DNA of 21,852 bases from Candidatus Heimdallarchaeota archaeon (GTDB taxonomy: Archaea > Asgardarchaeota > Heimdallarchaeia > Heimdallarchaeales > Kariarchaeaceae), in contig WAKA01000157.1 of the NCBI GenBank assembly GCA_015523565.1, forward strand, positions 1 through 21,852, read 5' to 3'. The translations under genes were made by a program, and so were the position numbers. Shown piece by piece: positions 1-7,902 of this stretch (the stretch's first letter is position 1; every line of letters starts with the position of its first letter). The notes under the pieces are model-generated. The model saw nothing but the letters and a program-made list of their open reading frames with translations, searched no databases and had not been told where the DNA came from.

Positions 1-57
1 ACTATTAATTGTCAAAATTATTCAATATTGTTCGCGAACTAAAAGTGCGCGTCTAAG

Positions 58-65
58 TATATATT
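58..65 (+). promoter_or_regulatory. Possible TATA box of the 23S rRNA transcript
   Basis: TATATATT lies upstream of a structured leader (c-UACG-g hairpin at 106-121) and the 23S processing stem. The region is AT-rich, so placement is uncertain. Confidence 0.3.
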
Positions 66-282
66 AATAAAACAACATGAATAGATAGAGATTAGACAAC
101 AAACATTCGCCTACGGGCGAACTTAATTAAACTGTTTGAATGTCAACAACTGAAGCCTTTAATAATGAGGCTAAATAATTAATATTGCTCAATAGATGTG
201 CGTTGACCATGCAGGTGCATGCGAGGCATCTCCTTTAAATGCCAAGCCCATGGGTTTCGGCATGACAAGGTTTCACAGATCC

Positions 283-377
283 GTATATACAGCCAATTAA
301 ATCATCTAAACACTGGATTAATTCCAAGAGTACGACAATTTTGCTGAGGCAAAATGTGGGAAATATATCTTTGAACC
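283..377 (+). other. 5' strand of the 23S pre-rRNA processing stem with BHB motif
   Basis: GTATATACAGCC(283-294) pairs with GGCTGTATATAC(3706-3717); TCTAAACAC(305-313) with GTGTTTAGA(3697-3705); TACGACAA(331-338) with TTGTCGTA(3689-3696); TATATCTTTGAACC(364-377) with GGTTCAAAGATATA(3665-3678). Central helix TGGG(357-360)/CCTA(3679-3682), 3-nt bulge AAA(361-363). Confidence 0.9.
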
Positions 378-384
378 AAGTAAG

Positions 385-3300
385 ACAAAGTCTGCCGCAC
401 GGCAATTGGTGGATACCTTGGCTAGCTAACCGATGAAGGGCGTGGCAAGCTGCGATAAGCGCAGGGTAGGTGCAAGCAACCAACGATCCTGCGATTCCCG
501 AATGAGAATCTTTTGCACATCCAATAAGTGTGCAAAATCCCTCTGGGATGGGGAACCCACGGAACGAAAACATTCAAGTACGTGGTGGAAGAGAAAGCAA
601 TAGCGATTTCCTGAGTAATGGCGAATGAAAGGGAACTAGGTCAAACCGAATGACCATATGAAAATATGGTTAGATGTGGTGTTGTGGATCCTAGCTAATG
701 CGTAACGAATTGAAGCCGAAATGATTTGGAACAATCTGCAATATAGGGTGAAAGCCCCGTAGGCATAAATTCGTCGCTATAAGCTGGGAAATCCGGACTA
801 GGGCGGATTGGATGTTCCGTCCAAACTTCGAGAACTAACTCGAAAACCTAAATATTCAGCTAGACCGATAGCGAACTAGTAACGTGAGTCAAAGGTGAAA
901 AGCAGCGGTAACACGCGTTGAAAAGAGCTTGAAACCAATTGTCTAAACAGTGTAATAGTGTTGAAGGAATAACGCTCCGTGAATCCAAGCTGGGTGACCA
1001 GTGGTCGAGAACGGAGAGAGACCGGCACTATTGCGTCAGTCTTGAAACACTGGCCAGGGAGTTTATCCGAGTGGTGAGACTAAGGTTATATCGTAATCGT
1101 AGGGAAACCAACCAGTCCGCAGCATTTGCAAGGGACGACGTGTGAAAGCGCGTGAAATCACTCGGATAAGATGCGAAAGGCGTTGATCTATGCGTGGCCA
1201 AACTGAAGCCGTGGGAAACTGCGGTGGAGGGTTGAAGGGGTATTGATATACAACTCATTCCTCTGAGCTGCGTATAGTGGTTAAAGGCCAATCGAAGCGC
1301 CTGATAGCACATTCCGGTAGAAGTGGAGCCGCAGTCCAGCGTGGCACGAGTATGAACCGTTGGTAGAGTACAGACAGTGTCGGAATGGGGAGTGAAATCC
1401 TCGCCACACCATCTAACTCCGAATGACGGTTCTACGTAGACTGCCGCAGTTGGGTGTGTCGCCGTAAGGGTGGCAACCGAGAAGCGAATAAGCTAGACTT
1501 GGGTTAAGGGCCCTAAATGTTGATTAAGTGTAAAAAGCGAAGGACGTCGTATCGCTAAGACAATGAGGTGGTAGGCTTAGAAGCAGCAATCCACTAACAA
1601 AAGCGTAACAGCTTACTCATCGAGCGGTACGGCTCTGAAAATGGACGGGGCTAAAATCAACTCCCGATACCCAAGGGCACCATTATAACATGGTGATCCG
1701 GTATACCGGCGTTTGGCGAGGGTAGAAGCAGGTTGGAAATGACCTGTGGACCTCGTTGAAGTGCAGATCCTGGTAGTAGTAGGCAGATATATGGGTGAGA
1801 ACCCCATAGGTCGAAAAGGCTAGGGTTCCTGGACAATGTCCATCAGTCCAGGGTCAGTCGATCCTAAGAAAGACCTTAGTATGGCTCTTTCAAAAGGGAA
1901 ACAGGATTAATATTCCTGTACCGCGTGTGAATCCGGCAACGATATTGGTGGATCAGACGGTTGTGGATAGGTGGTCTTAGTTTCTATAGCTAAGTTAAGT
2001 GTATATGTCCGACGAGTAGTGTTGCACTGAGACTCGGATGAAATCACGAATAGGCGCACTAATTTACGTCGCTACCATCGATTTCCAAAACCCCATGAAA
2101 ATGATCCCCCATTGTAGCACGCGATCGTACCGAAAACCGACACGGGTGTCCTTAGGCTTAGAAGGCTAAGACCTCTTGGAGTAATCTAGGCAAGGGAATT
2201 CGGCAAAATAGATGGGTAACTAAGGGATAACCATTGCCTTTAGCTGTTTACGCGGCCGAAGGTGTCACTAACAAAGGGAACCCGACTGTTTAACAAAAAC
2301 ATAGCAAACTGCTAGGGCGAAAGCCTGTGTATAGTTTGTGTATCCTGCTCAGTGCCCGTAAGTCAAATCCCCGTACAAGGGGGCTAAGCTCGGGTTAACA
2401 GCGGGAGTAACCATGACTCTCTTAAGGTAGGCAAATGCCTTGTCGGATAATTACCGACGTCCATGAAGGGACCAACGAGGTTCCCACTGTCCCTGCCTAG
2501 AATCCAGTGAACCTGCGATCCGGCGAACAGACCGGATAGCCCAGTTGGGAAGAGAAGACCCTGAGAGCTTTACTACAGCTTCCAGCTGTTTATTTGGCGA
2601 TCATACAGAGCGTAGTCAGGAGCGTCGAACCAAGGTCTCCGGGCCTTGGGGATGCAACAATGGAACACTGACTATGGTCGTTGAATAAACTTACCCGTTG
2701 CGACGGGGACACCTGGTGGTGGGTAGTTTTGCTGGGGCGGCAAACCTCCGATAAGAAAACAGAGGTGCCCAAAGGTCAGCTCAGGAGGGACAGAAATCCT
2801 CCGTAGAGTGCAAGGGCATAAGCTGGCTTTACCGTGAACGTACCAATAGCGTTCGCTGTTACGAAAGTAGGGCCTAGCGATCCATCCGATTGTCCTTAGT
2901 AGACGCGGGTGGTGACAGAAAAGTTACCTCAGGGGTAACAGAGTTGTCGTGCGTTAGAGTTCCCAATCGCTTGGAATTCTAAACAATTTTCAAATTACCT
3001 CCACCACTGCACAGCTGCAGTAAGCGGTTTCACAAACTTAAAGGTCTTCTATCATCCTCACATTTTTAATAGACAAACGTCGATGATTTAAAAATTGGCT
3101 GAACTCAGAAGTCCTTTAACCCAAATGCCGATTTGCTGTGCAAAGATTAGCTACTTTACAAAAAGTTGCAACGGTAGGCGATGAACACATCGACCGCACG
3201 GCTTGCTTCCTCGATGTCGGCTCTTCCTCGTTTGGTGTTGCACAAGGCACCAGGAATAGGGTTGTTCGCCCGTTAAAAGGGAACGTGAGCTGGGTTCAGA

Positions 3301-3658
3301 CCGTTGTGAGACAGGTTGGTTTCTATCTAACTGGGCTGTTGGGTAAGTGCAAGCAAAGTGCCATCAGTACGAGAGGAACGTGGTGTTGTGGCCTCTGGTG
3401 TATCGGTTGTCGTTAGGCATTGCCGAGTAGCTACGCCATCCCAGATAAGAGCTGAATGCATCTAAGCTCGAAGCTGGTCTTAAAAAGACTTACCCACTCT
3501 GGAACTAAGGGAAATTATTTCTCATTGGGGGCTGGTGACAGCAACCAATAGTTCTGGACGAGTGCACGGGCAAAAGACCCGCTTGCAATGAATGCCGTGT
3601 AAGCGTCGAGCTCTGCGAGATGTTTAGCGGACATTTAATTAAGCACGAGGCGCTTTGT
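385..3658 (+). rRNA. rrl: 23S ribosomal RNA (archaeal), intron-containing; about 3050 nt after splicing
   Basis: Conserved LSU motifs: GGTGGATACCTTGGC near the 5' end, CCGATAGCGAACTAGTA, CTCTTAAGGTAG, P-loop CTGGGGCGG, PTC CCTCGATGTCGGCTC and GAGCTGGGTTCAGACC, sarcin-ricin loop AGTACGAGAGGAAC (3366-3379). Ends estimated from helix-1 pairing ACAAAG..GCC / GGC..CTTTGT. Confidence 0.97.
2965..3188 (+). other. Archaeal BHB intron in 23S rRNA helix 89 (E. coli 2477/2478), no ORF
   Basis: AT-rich 224-nt insertion. GTTC(2959-2962)/GAAC(3183-3186) 4-bp helix with bulges CCA(2963-2965) and ACA(3187-3189); intron stem ATCGCT/GGCGAT. Cutting after the 2nd nt of each bulge gives AGAGTTCCCATCGACC, the same length as E. 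coli AGAGTTCATATCGACG. Confidence 0.92.
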
Positions 3659-3664
3659 AAGAAA

Positions 3665-3717
3665 GGTTCAAAGATATACCTAGAACATTTGTCGTAGTGT
3701 TTAGAGGCTGTATATAC
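3665..3717 (+). other. 3' strand of the 23S pre-rRNA processing stem with BHB motif
   Basis: Continuous complement of four segments in 283-377; bulge GAA at 3683-3685. Confidence 0.9.
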
Positions 3718-3720
3718 AAC

Positions 3721-4800
3721 CTATTCCAAATTAATTTCTTTTATTTCGTCGTTAACAACTTTAATGTATATTTTTGTATCATTCCATCTTCCAATTATAA
3801 TTTTATCATTTTCGTTATTTTCAATGATTAAGTCTTTCCACTGTAATTTTTTTAATTTCTCTACTAAATTTGATGTCATGTCTTGATTATCAAATGAATT
3901 TTCGCTATTCCAAATAAGGCTATTCATTTTTTTTGCTAAAGACAGGTGGTTTTTTTGATCTTCATTATTGTCATATGTTGCCGTTTTGTCGGTCTTGATT
4001 GGCATTGAAATGACATTTTCTCTTTTTTTCTCGATATGGGGTCTTGCAAATACTTTCCGAAATTTTTCTTTTCGATGTTTGCAATCCAATTCTATTGACT
4101 TAATTAAAAAATCTATAAATAAAGGATTTATTTTCTCTTTTTTTAATGTGAAACAATCGTTTAGTAACCTAATGCGTTCCTTTTTTTTTGTAATTATCTT
4201 AATGCTTCCCTTTATGTCTCCTTTTCTTAATATTTCCGCAATTTTTTCTTCTTTTGTCTGTATATCTTCCCTTGATGATCCTTGGACAATCAATGTAAAT
4301 GAATGGCTGTTTTCTTGGTGATTCCCAAATCCCAAAAGAATTCCTATCCCCCCAAGTTCTAAAATATCAAAAAAGTCAAGTGAAAACTTTGTGTTTTTTA
4401 TTTCTACACTTTCAAATCTATATGCCTTATATAACTTGTTCTTATTTTTAATCAATTCTTTTGATATCCAATTGCCTTTCAAAACAAGATTGAATGGAAT
4501 GCTTTCACTCAATTCAAATCCCGTAGACTGTTCAACTCCCCACCCTTCTCCAATAATATCTTTTAACTTCTCATGCTTGATTTCTTTGTCATTTTTCAAA
4601 ATTATATCTCCAATCAATAACATTAACTTTCCATTGAAATAAATCAATGATGAGAAATCTTTATTCAGTTTGTTCACTATTTTTCTAAATACTCTTTTTC
4701 CAATGGGTCTATTTACCTCAATTGAATAACCTTGGAATCTGATTTTCCTTTTTTTATTTTTATAAATCAGGCTGCTTTTCATAATTACAAAATTATCCAT
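3721..4800 (-). CDS. Hypothetical protein (359 aa), Lys/Ile-rich; weak resemblance to the N-terminal non-ATPase region of VirB4-like proteins
   Basis: Long ATG-initiated ORF divergent from the secretion ATPase. FTLIVQGSSREDIQTKEEKIAEIL is a strand-helix pattern reminiscent of VirB4/TraC N-terminal regions (weak). No Walker A motif. Confidence 0.75.
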   Translation of the reverse strand: MDNFVIMKSSLIYKNKKRKIRFQGYSIEVNRPIGKRVFRKIVNKLNKDFSSLIYFNGKLMLLIGDIILKNDKEIKHEKLKDIIGEGWGVEQSTGFELSESIPFNLVLKGNWISKELIKNKNKLYKAYRFESVEIKNTKFSLDFFDILELGGIGILLGFGNHQENSHSFTLIVQGSSREDIQTKEEKIAEILRKGDIKGSIKIITKKKERIRLLNDCFTLKKEKINPLFIDFLIKSIELDCKHRKEKFRKVFARPHIEKKRENVISMPIKTDKTATYDNNEDQKNHLSLAKKMNSLIWNSENSFDNQDMTSNLVEKLKKLQWKDLIIENNENDKIIIGRWNDTKIYIKVVNDEIKEINLE

Positions 4801-4875
4801 TCTATATTACTGTAATTAGCTAATTATTTAACCTCATATTCTGACTTTTTATGTTCAATACCCTATCTATCCCAA

Positions 4876-6003
4876 ATGCAACTGAATTGTTTGGATGACA
4901 CATGCAATAATGATTCATTGTTTGTCCCCATAAAAATCGATAGCCCTAACTTCTATTCGAAAAAACTTATTGAAGAATATCTACAAATCCGTTCAAAAGA
5001 AAAATCTCAGTTGCTTGACTTTTCCCAATCTTTAGAAAAGTTAGAAATGATTGCCTCTGAATACCCTGTTAGTTGCCCATTAGAACTTGCATTATATGCC
5101 ATTGACCTTTTCCCTCTTATCATTTTTAATCATTACCCCACCATTACTGAACTTTATTGGAATGAAGGTATGTTTGGTATCACTGATCGAATAATGGGAC
5201 GAAAAAAAATAATTTTTGACCCTAGGATAAATACTTCTCGATTTTATGAATCCTTAAAAATTCAGCTTGAATTGGTCACTAATGAGATCTTAAATTCTAA
5301 AAATGCTTCTTTGATTGGGAATTTAAACAGTAACATTGGTCGACTGAGGGTAAGCATGAAACACCCTCCTTTTGGCAAAAGTATTGTAATTAGGAGACTT
5401 CCCACAAATCCAATCCCAATCGACATTCTTATCAAAGAAAATCAGATATGCCTACGTTATGCTGATTTTTTGAAAAATGCAATCTTGGAACGAAAGAATA
5501 TAATAATTGCTGGAGAACCTGGTTCTGGAAAGACTACTCTTCTAAATGCACTTTTGTTATTGATTCCATCTGCATGGCGGGTTGTAGTGCTGGAGGATAC
5601 TAATGAAATCACTCTCTCCGGTGTTTTTGTTGATAAGCTTTCAATTCCCCAAATTAGATTTGCAAATATTTCTTTATCTGCTAAAAAAGAGAATGCGATT
5701 GCCTTTGTTCTTCGAAACTCTCCAGATTATCTGGTATTTGGGGAAATACAACAAAAACAAGATACTCTTCGTGTTTTCGAAGCTCTTTCATCTGGATTAA
5801 GAGGAATTGTTACAATCCATGCAAAAGATTTTAACACTCTTATGATGAGATTATGTGACAGTCACAATTTATCACAAGAGCTCTTGTCACAAATCGATGT
5901 ACTTGTGATTACAAAACGTGAAATTGATCATGCGGGGCATATAAAACTTTCAGTTCCAGAAATTTATTCTCAGAAAAATGGGGTCTTAGTAAAAATGGAT
6001 TAA
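4876..6003 (+). CDS. VirB11/CpaF(TadA)/FlaI-family type II/IV secretion ATPase
   Basis: Walker A GEPGSGKTT, Asp box VVVLEDTNEI, Walker B LRNSPDYLVFGEI, His box GIVTIHA, upstream SIVIRR motif. TATA-like TTTTTATG at 4846-4853, 30 nt before the ATG. Confidence 0.92.
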   Translation: MQLNCLDDTCNNDSLFVPIKIDSPNFYSKKLIEEYLQIRSKEKSQLLDFSQSLEKLEMIASEYPVSCPLELALYAIDLFPLIIFNHYPTITELYWNEGMFGITDRIMGRKKIIFDPRINTSRFYESLKIQLELVTNEILNSKNASLIGNLNSNIGRLRVSMKHPPFGKSIVIRRLPTNPIPIDILIKENQICLRYADFLKNAILERKNIIIAGEPGSGKTTLLNALLLLIPSAWRVVVLEDTNEITLSGVFVDKLSIPQIRFANISLSAKKENAIAFVLRNSPDYLVFGEIQQKQDTLRVFEALSSGLRGIVTIHAKDFNTLMMRLCDSHNLSQELLSQIDVLVITKREIDHAGHIKLSVPEIYSQKNGVLVKMD

Positions 6004-6024
6004 TGATTGCCTGATTTCTACAAC

Positions 6025-6759
6025 TTATTCCTCTTGTTTTCTTAAATCTCGGATTATAATTTTTCCACCCCCATCGAAAAATAAACGGTCTTCAATCTCT
6101 TTTTCTATCTCATTGTTTTCAAAAATCTTATTTTGGTTCTCATTTGGGAATTCCGATTTAAATTTTTGGAAAATCACCTCTGGAGATGCCATAAAGTAAA
6201 TTTTTCCATTTTTTATTGCGAAAAGCTTTTGAGCTAATCCATATGATACAATCTGCTTTTCAGTTGCTGCTGGAAAATAAAGCAAAAGTGCAGTTACCAA
6301 TTTTCTCACATCTCGATTTTCATTTATTAATGTGTTCTGATATTTTTGATGTGTTTTTTCATACTGTGCGAGCATTTCTTCAAAAGAAAGCTTTGTTTCA
6401 ATAAAATCATCAATAACTTTAACCTCCTCATTGAAAATATGTAGCACTTGTGAAAAAAATTGAATGTCTAAGAATCTTCCAGATAAGATCTGTAAGAGTT
6501 CCAAAGAAATTACATTTTTGTTTCCTTGTCTTTTCTGAAATGTATTTTTGATTAATCCATGATAATGTTTTAGTCTATTTGCTATTTTTTCTATTTCTCC
6601 TTTATCTCCATAAAGTTTTACTTTGATTGTATTGAGTTTTGTTTCAACAATTGAATCTTGGCTCTTCAAAGCCTTTTTTAAAACTTCAAAAAAAACTTTC
6701 AGTTCTTTGTTTCCTTCAACTTTGAATAATAGTTGTACCGTTGGTTTTATTTTCTTCAT
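6025..6759 (-). CDS. DUF2067-like archaeal protein
   Basis: N-terminus LLFKVEGNKELKVFFEVLKK...NTIKVKLYGDKGEIEKIANRLK resembles the archaeal DUF2067 pattern, and the length fits. Recognised by eye only. Confidence 0.6.
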   Translation of the reverse strand: MKKIKPTVQLLFKVEGNKELKVFFEVLKKALKSQDSIVETKLNTIKVKLYGDKGEIEKIANRLKHYHGLIKNTFQKRQGNKNVISLELLQILSGRFLDIQFFSQVLHIFNEEVKVIDDFIETKLSFEEMLAQYEKTHQKYQNTLINENRDVRKLVTALLLYFPAATEKQIVSYGLAQKLFAIKNGKIYFMASPEVIFQKFKSEFPNENQNKIFENNEIEKEIEDRLFFDGGGKIIIRDLRKQEE

Positions 6760-6790
6760 AATGCTAACAAGGACAGAAAAATATATTATG

Positions 6791-6940
6791 TTATGGACAT
6801 GTTCCCCCTAGCCCAAAAATGCATTGTAGATCATTTATGCTTTTTATTGCAACATTTGCCAAATTAAATAATGCCACTGCCAATAATGCAAGTAAAGCGG
6901 CATAAAGAAGTACGATCCCTATTTCTTCTGCAATACCCAT
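6791..6940 (-). CDS. Small single-TM, pilin-like protein (49 aa), not in ORF track
   Basis: Translates MGIAEEIGIVLLYAALLALLAVALFNLANVAIKSINDLQCIFGLGGTCP*. TATA box TTTATAAT (complement of 6967-6974) lies about 30 nt upstream, and the ORF fills the intergenic gap. Confidence 0.75.
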   Translation of the reverse strand: MGIAEEIGIVLLYAALLALLAVALFNLANVAIKSINDLQCIFGLGGTCP

Positions 6941-6966
6941 GTTTATCAAATTTGATTGAACATTTT

Positions 6967-6999
6967 ATTATAAAAAGTCCAATTCCAACTTTATATGCT
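6967..6999. promoter_or_regulatory. Back-to-back TATA boxes of divergent genes
   Basis: Minus-strand TTTATAAT (6967-6974) and plus-strand TTTATATGCT (6990-6999), each about 30 nt from an ATG, consistent with leaderless or short-leader transcripts. Confidence 0.55.
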
Positions 7000-7019
7000 A
7001 AAATGATGAAACAACCAAT

Positions 7020-7433
7020 ATGAAAACAAAAAGCATGTTCTATTTTATTTTGACATTGGTGTTCATTATTTGGACATTTCTTATGCTTCTATTTGTATTG
7101 GTTTTATGGAATGTTTCTGCTTTGTTATTGCAGGTTAATGATTTTTCATACTCTTTTACGATTAAGCCAGATAATGTGGTTGTTAATGTATCTTATTTTA
7201 TCACCAATTTACAATATACCCCTGTTAATGAAACCACTTCCATTATTTTTTTAAAGATTAATGGGATATTGATTTCCTCCATTGATTTTTTCAATATGTC
7301 GCCCTATGCAAACCATTCTCTGAAACTTCCCAATTATTATTATAAGATTGCGTTGACAATTCAAATCTTAAAAGAAGGCTATCGGAGTTTAAATAATTTC
7401 ACTACTGTCATCTATTTAGAAAAAAATAGCTGA
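7020..7433 (+). CDS. Membrane-anchored beta-rich surface protein (LEA_2/Ig-like pattern)
   Basis: N-terminal hydrophobic helix, then alternating beta pattern VVVNVSYFITN..PVNETT..LKING..NMSP..SLKLP, with several N-x-S/T sequons. Confidence 0.7.
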   Translation: MKTKSMFYFILTLVFIIWTFLMLLFVLVLWNVSALLLQVNDFSYSFTIKPDNVVVNVSYFITNLQYTPVNETTSIIFLKINGILISSIDFFNMSPYANHSLKLPNYYYKIALTIQILKEGYRSLNNFTTVIYLEKNS

Positions 7434-7538
7434 AATTCTGAATAATCCAACATCTGATTGCTCTGTGTTGAGACACCATCGATGAAGTTATATTATCATA
7501 AAAAAAAAAGAACATACGGACTATATGTGGTCCTTATT

Positions 7539-7623
7539 GCAGGGGTCGCCCAGCCTGGTCAACGGCGCTAGGTTGAGGGCCTAGTCCTTTAGAGGTTCGT
7601 GGGTTCAAATCCCACCCCCTGCA
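7539..7623 (+). tRNA. tRNA-Leu(GAG)
   Basis: Acceptor stem GCAGGGG/CCCCTGC plus discriminator A; anticodon arm CTAGG-TT GAG GG-CCTAG (GAG at 7575-7577); long variable arm; T-arm GTGGG-TTCAAAT-CCCAC. No intron, no encoded CCA; followed by a T-run. Confidence 0.97.
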
Positions 7624-7698
7624 TTTTTCTGAATTTCAACTTGATCTGAATTGATTGTCATGGTGTGAGTTTATATGCTTTCCTTATGAGTTATTCAC

Positions 7699-7845
7699 AT
7701 GAGACAAATTGAAACTATTTTTGCATTTGCGTTTTACTTTTTTATAACTGGTATAGGGCTTATCTTTTTTCTTTCGGCATTGTCTTGTCTTGTAAATAAT
7801 CATGATTTTTCTTCTTTAATTGAAAAACTAAGTCCACAACCATGA
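7699..7845 (+). CDS. Small single-TM protein (48 aa), not in ORF track
   Basis: Translates MRQIETIFAFAFYFFITGIGLIFFLSALSCLVNNHDFSSLIEKLSPQP*. Preceded at 7670-7679 by TTTATATGCT, the same 10-mer at nearly the same spacing (29 vs 30 nt) as upstream of the 7020 gene. Confidence 0.6.
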   Translation: MRQIETIFAFAFYFFITGIGLIFFLSALSCLVNNHDFSSLIEKLSPQP

Positions 7846-7902
7846 ATGTTCTGAAAATGGTGCCATTTCAAAATTGAAAAAAACACTATAAATGAAAATT
7901 AA

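Noticed and set aside
196-281. tRNA-Ala or 16S 3' end in the region before the 23S
   Set aside because: No T-loop TTCRA or anticodon arm; GCATCTCCT only loosely resembles the anti-SD and helix 45 is absent.
2965-3188. Homing endonuclease gene or group I/II identity for the intron
   Set aside because: The frames I translated close quickly and show no LAGLIDADG/HNH motif; a minus-strand FAQQIG fragment is too short to count. The junctions are fully explained by a BHB motif.
235-3416. ORF-track entries 235..573, 939..1145, 1028..1312, 1613..1807, 2590..2772 and 3138..3416
   Set aside because: They lie within or antisense to the 23S rRNA and are chance ORFs.
4513-4553. Sequence resembling the tRNA-Leu 3' end (TTCAAATCCC; GTTCAACTCCCCACCC) as an att site
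   Set aside because: Short, mismatched, inside a coding region, and there is no integrase in the window.
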